Assembly (NCBI RefSeq): GCF_000146505.1
Contig: NC_017448.1
Location: forward strand, 2,580,001 to 2,612,000
Length of the DNA stretch: 32,000 nt
Direction: 5' to 3'
Source: Fibrobacter succinogenes subsp. succinogenes S85
GTDB taxonomy: Bacteria; Fibrobacterota; Fibrobacteria; Fibrobacterales; Fibrobacteraceae
The notes beneath the pieces are model-generated. The model saw only the letters and a list, made by a program, of their open reading frames with translations. It ran no database searches and was not told the DNA's origin. How positions within the stretch are numbered: position 1 is the stretch's first letter; the number at the start of each line of letters is the position of its first letter. Positions 7,623-16,238 of this stretch are shown piece by piece. A program made the position numbers and the translations under genes.

Positions 7623-8777
7623 TTATTTGCTTTTCTTTAGCTTCAAGATTCGCTTGACGCTTTCGTCGATGCGCGATTCCTTGATTTCGCCTTTTTTGAC
7701 AGCCTTGACAACGGCATCAAAAACCTGCGTGAATTCTCTGGAACAAAGCACCACATCGACGCCAGCCTGGATGGACTTGATCGCCGCTTCGGCATTGCTG
7801 AATTGCTTGGTGATGGCGCCCATGTCCATGGCGTCGGTCACGATAACTCCGTCAAAACCGAGCTCGCCGCGGAGCTTATCCTGCAAAATAACCGATGATA
7901 ACGTTGCCGGTAAATCATCGCCGGATACTTTCGGGGCGGCAATGTGCGCTGTCATAATCATCTGGGCGCCAGCCTTGATTCCCGCTTTGAACGGGATCAT
8001 TTCGCATTTAAGCATTTCGTCCCATGTTTTGTCCGTTGAAGCATAACCGTAATGCGTGTCTGTGCTCACGTCGCCATGCCCTGGGAAATGCTTGAGTGTG
8101 CCGATGACGCCTGCGGATTCAAGACCATTCAAATAGCTCACTACAAACTTGGCAGCGGTTTCCGGGTCGTCCGAGAACGCGCGCGGACCGATAACGATGT
8201 TGTCTGGATTCGTGTTCACGTCCGCAACAGGAGCGTAGTCAATGTCGAAACCGTATTTCTTGACGTAAGTCCCGATGGTAAATGCGGCTTTGTAAGCCTC
8301 TTCCGGGTCGTCACTTTCTGCGATGGCGGCCATGCTTTCGTATTTAGGCACATCAAAATTTTCGTTGTTGGCAATGCGCGCGACGCGACCGCCTTCTTCG
8401 TCAATGGCGAGGAGCGGTGAACCGTTCAGTTCCCTAATTTCAGCGATGAAGTTTCCAAGCTGGGTTTCATCGACAATGTTGTGCGCATAAAGAATCATGC
8501 CGCCGATAGGGTAGTTCTTGTTGACTGCGAGCATGGTCTTGTTGACTTGCTCTAGCTTGTAATTGGGGAGCTCCGCGTATTCGTTCCAGTGGATGGTTGT
8601 ATCCAATGCTTCCGGGCGCACAAAGAACATCTGCCCGACTTTTTCGCGGATGGACATTTTCTGGATGGCGGATTCTTCAGGCGAAGGCCCGCTCGAACTG
8701 TCATCACCGCAGGCGACAAGAGAAAGTGCCGCTACACATCCAAGGATACTTGCAATGGCGTGCTTTTTGTAAAACAT
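7623..8777 (-). CDS. nagZ: GH3 beta-N-acetylhexosaminidase (NagZ-like), predicted lipoprotein
   Basis: 384 aa with only the GH3 N-terminal domain. The KHFPGHGDVSTDTHYG motif and the VIVTDAMDMGAI block are present. A lipobox is present (LSLVA-C-GDDSSS). Confidence 0.8.
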   Translation of the reverse strand: MFYKKHAIASILGCVAALSLVACGDDSSSGPSPEESAIQKMSIREKVGQMFFVRPEALDTTIHWNEYAELPNYKLEQVNKTMLAVNKNYPIGGMILYAHNIVDETQLGNFIAEIRELNGSPLLAIDEEGGRVARIANNENFDVPKYESMAAIAESDDPEEAYKAAFTIGTYVKKYGFDIDYAPVADVNTNPDNIVIGPRAFSDDPETAAKFVVSYLNGLESAGVIGTLKHFPGHGDVSTDTHYGYASTDKTWDEMLKCEMIPFKAGIKAGAQMIMTAHIAAPKVSGDDLPATLSSVILQDKLRGELGFDGVIVTDAMDMGAITKQFSNAEAAIKSIQAGVDVVLCSREFTQVFDAVVKAVKKGEIKESRIDESVKRILKLKKSK

Positions 8778-8794
8778 AAAATCACCTCAAAAAA

Positions 8795-9928
8795 TTATTC
8801 TTCAACATCAAACGTTTTGCCAGCGTACATCTTGAGCAATGCCTTTGACAGTTGTGGCTTGTTGACTAACTTATCCGTATCTATCGTTTTCTTTTCACCC
8901 TTGATGTCGAAGGAAACTGTAGCCCCGTCGTTTGTAACGTCCATTTTCACTTTGGCGCCCATGACAATCGGCAAGTTCACATCGTCATGCCCGGCCGGGA
9001 ATCCGCAAATCACGGGAATGTCGTATTTCTTTAAATACTTGGAAAGCATCGCTTCTGTGCTTTCGTAATCAAGGTCTGTCCCGGAGCTTACAAATTCGCC
9101 AAGGATAACGCCTCTCACGTTTTCCATCACGCCGTGAAGCTCAATGGAATGGAACATGCGGTCGATGTTGCGCAAGTTCTCGCCGATTTCTTCCATGAAG
9201 AGGATGATGCCGTCATCTTGGAAAACGTCAATGTCGCTTGCGCCAACGAGTGGCACAAATGTCGACATGTTGCCGCCTACGAGAATGCCCTCACCTTTGC
9301 CCGTCTGGTTGAATTCGTGTTTCGGTACTTTGTATGTGGGAACTTCGCCTTTGAGCAAATCGCGCAGCAGCGTACTGTTGTCGTCTTTCCCTTCGGTCTT
9401 TGCGATACTTGAACTCATGGTGCCATGAATGCTCATGACGCCCGCTTTGGTCTGCATGGCGTGTAGCGTAGTCACATCGCTGTAGCCGATAACCCATTTC
9501 GGATTGTCTTCTACGATTTTCGGGTCGATTAAATCAACGAGCTGGATGGTGCCGTATCCACCGCGGTTGCATAGGATAGCCTTGATGCTTGTATCCTTGA
9601 TGGCGTTCACGAAATCTTCAGCGCGTTCTTCGGCGGTGCCTGCGTACTTGCCCGCATCAAGCTTGCCGACGTTCTTGCCGATGACCGGTGAGAATCCCCA
9701 GTCCTTGAGAACGTCTGCGGTTTTCTGGATGGTGGAATCGGGGACCGTGTAGGAGGGCGAAAGGAGTGCCACCTTATCGCCTTTTTTCAGGAAGGCGGGT
9801 GCGATGCATTCGGCAAGTGGTTTGTGTATTAGCCCTCTAGGGGCTGTCGATGAGTCATCGCCGCAGGCGGTAAACATCATAGATAGGCATAATACCGCGA
9901 ATCCTATCGTTTTTTTCTTGAAACCCAT
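8795..9928 (-). CDS. Peptidase S66 LD-carboxypeptidase (LdcA/MccF-like), predicted lipoprotein
   Basis: 377 aa. The serine motif WVIGYSDVTTLH and the C-terminal GFPAGH block are typical of S66. A lipobox is present (MMFTA-C-GDDSST). It lies 17 nt upstream of the GH3 gene on the same strand. Confidence 0.75.
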   Translation of the reverse strand: MGFKKKTIGFAVLCLSMMFTACGDDSSTAPRGLIHKPLAECIAPAFLKKGDKVALLSPSYTVPDSTIQKTADVLKDWGFSPVIGKNVGKLDAGKYAGTAEERAEDFVNAIKDTSIKAILCNRGGYGTIQLVDLIDPKIVEDNPKWVIGYSDVTTLHAMQTKAGVMSIHGTMSSSIAKTEGKDDNSTLLRDLLKGEVPTYKVPKHEFNQTGKGEGILVGGNMSTFVPLVGASDIDVFQDDGIILFMEEIGENLRNIDRMFHSIELHGVMENVRGVILGEFVSSGTDLDYESTEAMLSKYLKKYDIPVICGFPAGHDDVNLPIVMGAKVKMDVTNDGATVSFDIKGEKKTIDTDKLVNKPQLSKALLKMYAGKTFDVEE

Positions 9929-10091
9929 AGAGCTCCCCTCTAGATAAAGTTTTAATCCTTCTGTAAGGTCTAATATATATATGTTTTTATGCGGGAGTAA
10001 ACTTTTTGTATCATTTGGGTCGGGAATGATATAATTTAAATTGGGAAATAGATTAATATCACATTTTTTAAGGGGAAAAAGGGTATTGCGC

Positions 10092-10865
10092 TTAGTGTTT
10101 TCCCAATGATTCTTGGTGAATCTGTTCCAGCACTTCGCCCCTTCTGCGATCGATTTCTTCGACGAATCGAAGCATGAGTTCGTCCTTCCTTGCCAAAGGC
10201 ATGCTCAACTTAAAGACGTTGACAGTGTGGACTTTAATCGTGGAATATTTGAGAGATGGACCATAGCCGAAACAGCCTTGTTCGTTGTAGTTCGGCGTGA
10301 CGATACGGACGCAGTCTGCATCGTATCCACGTCTGTTGCCGTGCCTGTCGTACAGCATCGTAGCCACATTTGGCGGACAAATATCGCTAATCACGATACC
10401 CAAGGCGATGTAATGCTGCTTTGGCGTGTAGAATTCAACGATGTCACCCTTCTTGAAATGTAAGTTTTCCCAGCCTTTGAACATGCGCTTTTCTTCGGGG
10501 TCGCTTGATACCGTAGAAGTGTCGTCCTTTACTAAAAGCGTACCGTCGGGGCCATACCAACGCTCAGAAGTACGTTCCATAGCGCCTTCCAGGGTCGTGA
10601 TGATGTAGGCGTTGCCAGGGCGTTCGAATACGTGGAAACCAAAGAGCGGCTTTTCCTTGTTGGGGTAATTCTTGGCGTATTCAAGAATGTCATGCTCGGT
10701 TTCTTCCAAGCTCGTGGTATAAATCATACTTTCCAGCTGGAGGTCATATCCGATACCTTCGCCGTGATCAACAGCGTAGTCGGGCTCCTTGCCGTGGAAA
10801 TCCTTGGAGTAAGCGTACGTGACGAAGTGGGAGTTGTTCTGTGTGGCTTGTTTCTGGTTTTCCAT
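10092..10865 (-). CDS. Hypothetical cytoplasmic protein (no family recognised)
   Basis: An uninterrupted 257-aa ORF with no signal peptide or TM segment. The intergenic flanks contain a terminator upstream. I recognise no motif. Confidence 0.55.
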   Translation of the reverse strand: MENQKQATQNNSHFVTYAYSKDFHGKEPDYAVDHGEGIGYDLQLESMIYTTSLEETEHDILEYAKNYPNKEKPLFGFHVFERPGNAYIITTLEGAMERTSERWYGPDGTLLVKDDTSTVSSDPEEKRMFKGWENLHFKKGDIVEFYTPKQHYIALGIVISDICPPNVATMLYDRHGNRRGYDADCVRIVTPNYNEQGCFGYGPSLKYSTIKVHTVNVFKLSMPLARKDELMLRFVEEIDRRRGEVLEQIHQESLGKH

Positions 10866-10980
10866 ACTGTATTCTATCCCCTAAAATAGCCCTGCCTTAA
10901 GTGACAGCGACTGTGCGTAATATGTATCGGCTTGGAAAATACGGATGTAAACCGAGAATGAAGAAATTTTTTCTGCAACA

Positions 10981-11012
10981 AAAAAAGTCAGGCTCATCAC
11001 CTGACTTTTTTC
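10981..11012 (-). terminator. Intrinsic terminator downstream of the outer-membrane barrel gene
   Basis: AGTCAGG (10986-10992) pairs with CCTGACT (11000-11006). A-runs and T-runs flank both sides. Confidence 0.7.
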
Positions 11013-11071
11013 GTTCGTTGTAATGCGGCGCAGTCTTGATTGATTACGACTGCCTACTGCGGCGAAACCGC

Positions 11072-13273
11072 TTAGAACTTGAACAGCATGCCGAAGCGCA
11101 TCTGACCATCGCGTACGCCGTCTGCACGGCCCACGTTCTTGATCGTAGCCCAGTCGAACTGCAGCACGTCAGAAATCATCACGCCGACACCGAAGTCCAC
11201 TTCGTTGCGCTTACCCATGCGGTCGTACAGATAACCTAAGCGAAGTGCGATTGTGTTGGAATAAATGAATTCCGTACCGAAGTTGAACACGCCCTGTAAG
11301 AAGGAGTTCGTATCATCGTCTGGGTCAAAGAGGTCTTTCCAGCAAGCGATGTAGAACGGTTCCGGGTTGCCCTTGTCATCGTCAATGACGACTTCGCGGT
11401 TGTAGTCGAATGCGACCGTCCACTTGTAATCGGCCATGCTGAGAATTTCGTAAGAAAGTCCAAGGCGCCAAGTCAAGGGAATCGGGTCTTCAATGGTCTT
11501 GTCCACGTAGTAGACGCTCGGACCGATGTTGGCGAGAACCAAGGCAAAGTTGAGCTTCGGAACGAAGAGGTTTTTCTTCAACACGCCGATGTCGAATGCG
11601 TAACCGAACGTGGTGGCTTCTTCTTCGCCTGCGGCAGCGCCGGAACTCAGGTCGGAGTAGAAGAACTTGATGGAGAGGCCGAGGCCCCAGTCGTTCGGGA
11701 ATCTTGTACCGTAGCTCACGCCACCGACGATTTCGGAGCTGTTGTATGCCACGAGGTCATCGGCGTCGAGGTCGCCAGAAGCAACGGTCGAACCGAACGA
11801 GACGAAGTTCACATGCACACCGAGCGTTCCCCAGTCATTCAGCGGAATGGTCATACCGCCATAGAGGTGGTAAAGGTCCGGAATGTTCAAGACCGGCAAA
11901 AGCTTTTCGTAGAAGGCGGTGAGCTGGTAGTCGGCATCCTTGTACTGTTCCATGCCGTTTGCGGTGCTGAACCACACGTCGTTACCTTCCGGGAGCACAG
12001 CCCAGACCTTGTTGGTCGAAAGGCCGTTGCCCTGGTGGTAGTGCGTCCATTCGTCATCGCGCTTGGTGATGGTCGGGTCTTCCTTGGAGCCGCGTTCGAG
12101 TTCTGCCTTACGTCCGCTGGCGGTGGCGTAGTCCGGCATGTGGCGCCAGACACCGAGGTCAGTTGCAATCCAGATGGCACCCTTGCGGTCCACGGAAACG
12201 TCGTTCACGTTGTTGTTGGCGAACTGCACCTGTTCCCACTTGCGGAGCGTGAAGTGCGAGAGGCCGCCCTTGTGCGTGGCCCAGACGTGGCCCGAGCTGT
12301 CGACAGCGAGTGCGGTCGGGTTCAAGTCCATGATGCCGTCTTCTTCGTTGAACAAGCTCCAGCGGTCTTTGTCGTTCGCGCTCTTTTTCGGGGTGAGTCG
12401 TGCGACACCTGCACCGTCGACGGCCACGTAAAGTTCCTTGCGGTTTTCGGACCAGACGAGAGCGTTAATCTTTTGACTCGGGAGAACCTTGCCCTTCTGT
12501 TCAAAGGCGCCGTTGCGGTAGACGAAGAGGCCGTTGTCCGTACCGATCCAAAGGGATGCGCCCTGCTTGGTAAGTGCGGTCACGCGGCGTTCACCGAGTT
12601 CCTTTTCGAAGGACTTCCAGCCCTTGCCGTCAAAGCGGTAAAGGCCCTTGGGTGTACCGACCCAGAGCTTTTCAGTGAGGTTTTCGTAGAGAATGGCGGT
12701 GATGGTGTCCTTGACGACGAGGTCCCAGGGCATCTTGACTTCGACCACGTGCGATTCGTCGTCGGCGTTTTTCACGTCGTTAAATGCCTTCACGACACGG
12801 GTGTATTCGTCGAGGCCGCGTTCTGTGCCGACGTAGGTGCGTACGGCGTCTCTAATCTTTGCGTTACCTTGCAACGTGACGGAATAGTAGTTGACCCACT
12901 GTTCACCGTCGAACTTGAGAATGCCTTTTGAGGTACCTGCCCAGAGTTCGCTCTTGTCGAAGAACCCGTTCTTGGAGCGCGATGCCATGTGCGTGAAGAA
13001 CGGAGCCTTTTTAGCGTCTGCGCTGTAGGAACTGCGCCATTCGTCGGCAAGCGGCCCGAATGCGAGGCCTGCCGGGTTGTAGTACATGGCGGTTGCGTCA
13101 TCGGCGAGTGCGGCGCCTACTTCGCCCATACCGAGCTGGCGTGCGCCGACCGGCATCTGGAGGGTGATGATGGCCGAGCCTGTGGCGAGTGCCATGGCAG
13201 GAGCCAAAAGAATAGCTGATAATAATGACTTACGCAAGTTGCCTCCAATCCGGAACGTTATAAGTGTTTCCAT
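11072..13273 (-). CDS. Outer-membrane beta-barrel (PorV/PorQ/FadL-like N- and C-terminal parts) with an inserted ~7-blade 'two-component regulator propeller'-type domain
   Basis: The signal peptide is RKSLLSAILLAPAMALA. The first strand reads ITLQMPVGARQLGMGEVGAALADDATAMYYNPAGLAF. Seven repeats of the type LW(I/V)GT..GL..(F/Y) follow: LWAGTSKGILKF, LWVGTPKGLYRF, LWIGTDNGLFVY, LYVAVDGAGVARL, VWATHKGGLSHF, IWIATDLGVWRH and VWFSTANGMEQY. After these comes barrel-like alternating sequence ending in ...RFGMLFKF (terminal aromatic residue). The start is either ATG 13273 or TTG 13237, which is preceded by GGAGG. The ORF-track start 13456 would overlap the upstream gene by 227 nt and is unlikely. Confidence 0.75.
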   Translation of the reverse strand: METLITFRIGGNLRKSLLSAILLAPAMALATGSAIITLQMPVGARQLGMGEVGAALADDATAMYYNPAGLAFGPLADEWRSSYSADAKKAPFFTHMASRSKNGFFDKSELWAGTSKGILKFDGEQWVNYYSVTLQGNAKIRDAVRTYVGTERGLDEYTRVVKAFNDVKNADDESHVVEVKMPWDLVVKDTITAILYENLTEKLWVGTPKGLYRFDGKGWKSFEKELGERRVTALTKQGASLWIGTDNGLFVYRNGAFEQKGKVLPSQKINALVWSENRKELYVAVDGAGVARLTPKKSANDKDRWSLFNEEDGIMDLNPTALAVDSSGHVWATHKGGLSHFTLRKWEQVQFANNNVNDVSVDRKGAIWIATDLGVWRHMPDYATASGRKAELERGSKEDPTITKRDDEWTHYHQGNGLSTNKVWAVLPEGNDVWFSTANGMEQYKDADYQLTAFYEKLLPVLNIPDLYHLYGGMTIPLNDWGTLGVHVNFVSFGSTVASGDLDADDLVAYNSSEIVGGVSYGTRFPNDWGLGLSIKFFYSDLSSGAAAGEEEATTFGYAFDIGVLKKNLFVPKLNFALVLANIGPSVYYVDKTIEDPIPLTWRLGLSYEILSMADYKWTVAFDYNREVVIDDDKGNPEPFYIACWKDLFDPDDDTNSFLQGVFNFGTEFIYSNTIALRLGYLYDRMGKRNEVDFGVGVMISDVLQFDWATIKNVGRADGVRDGQMRFGMLFKF

Positions 13274-13793
13274 GAGTCGGGATGACTGCTTTCCATCCGG
13301 ACTTGCTGGGGTTTTCCCAAGGCTGTTTCGGTAAAAGCTTACAGTCGCAGCCCAGAACGTAGGGGGGTAAAATTTCCGCGTGATTGCGAATCTGTTCGCG
13401 GGTGATGAAATTTTCCTCGCTGACGAATTTACAATAATTCTTGCCTTTGGGACCAATCACGATTCTGTAGGTCGCGACTCCTTGCTTGTCCCCTTCGTCA
13501 ATCGTCTTGATCGTTTCTTCGAGAGTGCGGTTCCACTGTTCGATATAAGCTTGTCTTTGTTCCGGCGTGAGCGGCTGGGTTTCGAGCCATGCCCTGATGG
13601 ATGCTTCGGAGGGCTTCACTGCGGTGAGCGTCTCGCGGGCGGGGCGGCCAATGGCGGCGTATTGTCCCGACACGTCGATAATCGGTTTTGTCGTTTCTTT
13701 TTCGTCGGAATTGTGCATGCCCACATAAATTCCAATCCCCGCGAGGACGATGGACAATAGCACAATCGCAATGACGATGATGATTGATAGCAT
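13230..13793 (-). CDS. Hypothetical N-terminally membrane-anchored protein, translationally coupled to the barrel gene
   Basis: 187 aa with an N-terminal TM segment (MLSIIIVIAIVLLSIVLAGIGIYVG). Its stop (TAA 13232-13230) overlaps both candidate starts of the downstream gene. No family recognised. Confidence 0.6.
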   Translation of the reverse strand: MLSIIIVIAIVLLSIVLAGIGIYVGMHNSDEKETTKPIIDVSGQYAAIGRPARETLTAVKPSEASIRAWLETQPLTPEQRQAYIEQWNRTLEETIKTIDEGDKQGVATYRIVIGPKGKNYCKFVSEENFITREQIRNHAEILPPYVLGCDCKLLPKQPWENPSKSGWKAVIPTHGNTYNVPDWRQLA

Positions 13794-13865
13794 ATTTAAA
13801 TCCGTTTACGATAAATCCTTACTCTGAAAAACTAGCATTTTCTATTTTATAAGATAGGAGATATT

Positions 13866-15056
13866 ATGTCAAAATTAAAGTTTTTTCTTGTGTTGCTTGC
13901 TTGTAGTGCTGCTTGGGCTGTTCCGTTTAAGGTTGAAACGCTCAAGGAAGGGAGTGGAGAGGCTATTCGTGCCGGTCAGCTGATTCAAGTCCATTATAAA
14001 GGTTACCTTGCGGTCGATAGTGCTGTTGTAGACAGCGCCGCTAAGGATACGACGGTTGAAGCTCCTTATTTTGCAAACTCTTACTATAGCGGTTCGCCTC
14101 TAGAATTTACTGTTGGCGTGGGCCAGGTGATTGAAGGCTGGGATAAGGGCCTTGTGGGCATGAAGATTGGCGAAGTCCGCAAGCTCTCGGTGCCGTCCGT
14201 GATGGCTTATGGCGACAACTCTCTCGAAGGCATTCCGCCTAATAGCGACTTGATGTTCGTTGTTGAACTTGTTCATGCAGACAAACCGCTTGAAGCTGAT
14301 AAATTCCCTGCTGATGTAGATAAACTAAAGTGGCGCGACATGGGCCGTGGCCTCAAGGTCTATGACGAAAAGACGGGCAGTGGCAAGCTGAACGCTGCAG
14401 GTAACATCATCAAGGTGCATTATACGGGCTGGCTCCTCTCTGGACGCAAGTTCGGTAGCTCCAAGGATTTGGGCAAGCCGCTCGAAACGATTATGGGTGC
14501 AGGCAAGATGATCAAGGGCTGGGAAACGGGCCTTGAAGGTATGCGCGAAGGCGGTGTCCGCTGGTTGCGCGTGTCTCCGGCAATGGGCTATGGGGCTACG
14601 GCATTCTCGATGATTCCGCCGAACTCCACGCTTATTTTCCGTGTCGAGATGGTTTCCTCCGATGTGGATCCGGAACTTGCAAAGCACATGGACTTCTTCC
14701 CGGATACGACTCTCCTCAAGTATGAAAACGGCCCGGAAGGACTCCGCTATGCAGTTGTGAAGCAGGGCGAAGGCGAACCGGCTCGTTCTGGACACCGCGC
14801 GATTGTGCATTACACGGGCTGGATGGTGAACGGCTACAAGTTCGACAGCTCCCGCGATCGTGGACAGCCGTTTGCATTTGAACTCGGTGCGGGTAACGTG
14901 ATCCGCGGCTGGGAACTCGGCGTGCAGGGGATGCTCCCGGGCGAAAAGAGAATTCTCGTGGTGCCGCCTGGCCTTGGCTACGGTAGCCGCGGCGCAGGCC
15001 CGATTCCGGGTGGTGCAACGCTCATCTTCGCTGTGGAATACCTCGGGGAAGACTAG
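13866..15056 (+). CDS. Secreted FKBP-type peptidyl-prolyl cis-trans isomerase with three tandem FKBP domains
   Basis: A signal peptide is present (MSKLKFFLVLLACSAAWA). The FKBP core appears three times: VHYKGYL...GVGQVIEGWDKGLVGMKIGEVRKLSVPSVMAYG, then VHYTGWLLSGRKFGSS...GAGKMIKGWETGLEGMREGGVRWLRVSPAMGYG, then VHYTGWMVNGYKFDSSRDRGQPF...GAGNVIRGWELGVQGMLPGEKRILVVPPGLGYG. Confidence 0.9.
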   Translation: MSKLKFFLVLLACSAAWAVPFKVETLKEGSGEAIRAGQLIQVHYKGYLAVDSAVVDSAAKDTTVEAPYFANSYYSGSPLEFTVGVGQVIEGWDKGLVGMKIGEVRKLSVPSVMAYGDNSLEGIPPNSDLMFVVELVHADKPLEADKFPADVDKLKWRDMGRGLKVYDEKTGSGKLNAAGNIIKVHYTGWLLSGRKFGSSKDLGKPLETIMGAGKMIKGWETGLEGMREGGVRWLRVSPAMGYGATAFSMIPPNSTLIFRVEMVSSDVDPELAKHMDFFPDTTLLKYENGPEGLRYAVVKQGEGEPARSGHRAIVHYTGWMVNGYKFDSSRDRGQPFAFELGAGNVIRGWELGVQGMLPGEKRILVVPPGLGYGSRGAGPIPGGATLIFAVEYLGED

Positions 15057-15134
15057 CGGCGAAGCCGATTTTTAGTAGACAGTCGGCGGTTGGCAGTAGA
15101 CAGGATTGCTTTCGAAAATTGTTAGTCTAGTTGT

Positions 15135-15158
15135 GCTCGACAGTGTCGGGCATTTTCT
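15135..15158 (+). terminator. Weak candidate terminator after the FKBP gene
   Basis: GCTCGAC (15135-15141) pairs with GTCGGGC (15145-15151), including one G-U pair. ATTTTCT follows. Confidence 0.3.
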
Positions 15159-15251
15159 GTATAACTGAAAACCACCGGCCGAGGGGTCTCTTTTATTGAG
15201 TTAGCTGCGATTATCTATATTTTATTTGTGTTATTAAGTTCGAGAAGGAAT

Positions 15252-16226
15252 ATGAGAATACTATTTTCCCTATTTTTAGGATTTGTTGCTTTTTGGGTGG
15301 GGGCTTGTAGTGACGAATCGACCACTACGGTCTATGTAGAATCTCCTGGTTTTGCTGAACTTGCTCAAGGTGAAACTTTGCCTGAGTGTTCTTTAAAAAA
15401 TGAAGGCGAACTGTATTTTGTTGCTGATTCCAGTGCGTTGTTTTGCTGTGCGAAAGAAAAATGGCGCAAGGTGAATCAGGGACGCCAAAACGTTGATACC
15501 ATTTATGTCGCTGATACAGTTGTGTCGAAAGTGACAAAATCCGATACTGCCTATTTGGGCTCTACGGATACCCTAGATGTCGGTTGCTCAATAGCGTTGG
15601 ATACGATTGATTTTCATTTGATCTGGGTGACGTGCGGGGATTCGGTCTTTTCTGTAATAGATGAACGTGCAAGCCGGTTTAGAACGCAATGGGGCGACCC
15701 TTTAACGGATGCAAGAGACGGGAATACGTATAAAACCGTTGTTATTAACAATCAAGTTTGGATGGCTGAAGACCTGAAATTTGGAACAGATTCCACCCGA
15801 GATTATACTTGGCTATCGGCTATGGGGAATCCGGAAGGTTGCGATGGAACCAAGTTTTGTGATTTAGGGGAAAAGCCGCAGGGGGCATGTCCTGTTGGTT
15901 GGCATATTCCGACTTTTGATGAATGGATTGCTATGTCGGAGTATGTGAATGAACATAATGGTACGGAGGCGGTATCAAGGGATTTGAGAGGTGTTGATGA
16001 TGAACTGTATAGTTATTTAGGAATGACTTCTCCGGGGTATGATTTGTTTGGTCTTAGTGTGCATGCTCGAACTTTGACATCTACGCAGAAAGGTGATTCT
16101 TTATTCTATGTTGTGGACCCGACGTATGTATCAGCGACAGATGAACTTAGGATAAACTTGAATAGAAGGGTGGTTGACACTGAAGAAAAACCCTCATACA
16201 GAGTTCGTTGCTTAAAGAACGATTAG
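15252..16226 (+). CDS. Lipoprotein with the Fibrobacter succinogenes major paralogous domain (FISUMP, TIGR02145-type), copy 1
   Basis: The hallmark LTDARDGNTYKTVVINNQVWMAEDLKF...CPVGWHIPT..EW...VRCLKND is present. Lipobox: FWVGA-C-SDEST. ATG 15252 follows GAAGGAA and is preferred over the GTG at 15228. Confidence 0.85.
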   Translation: MRILFSLFLGFVAFWVGACSDESTTTVYVESPGFAELAQGETLPECSLKNEGELYFVADSSALFCCAKEKWRKVNQGRQNVDTIYVADTVVSKVTKSDTAYLGSTDTLDVGCSIALDTIDFHLIWVTCGDSVFSVIDERASRFRTQWGDPLTDARDGNTYKTVVINNQVWMAEDLKFGTDSTRDYTWLSAMGNPEGCDGTKFCDLGEKPQGACPVGWHIPTFDEWIAMSEYVNEHNGTEAVSRDLRGVDDELYSYLGMTSPGYDLFGLSVHARTLTSTQKGDSLFYVVDPTYVSATDELRINLNRRVVDTEEKPSYRVRCLKND

Positions 16227-16238
16227 CCGAGGACTTAT

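Noticed and set aside
13274-13456. N-terminal extension of the barrel gene (ORF-track start at 13456).
   Set aside because: It would overlap the upstream 187-aa gene by 227 nt and add a non-signal-peptide extension. ATG 13273, or TTG 13237 preceded by GGAGG, gives a normal signal peptide.
15090-15115. TTGGCAG motifs (also at 4537 and 27529) as sigma54 -24 elements.
   Set aside because: None has a GC -12 element at the required spacing of about 11-12 nt.
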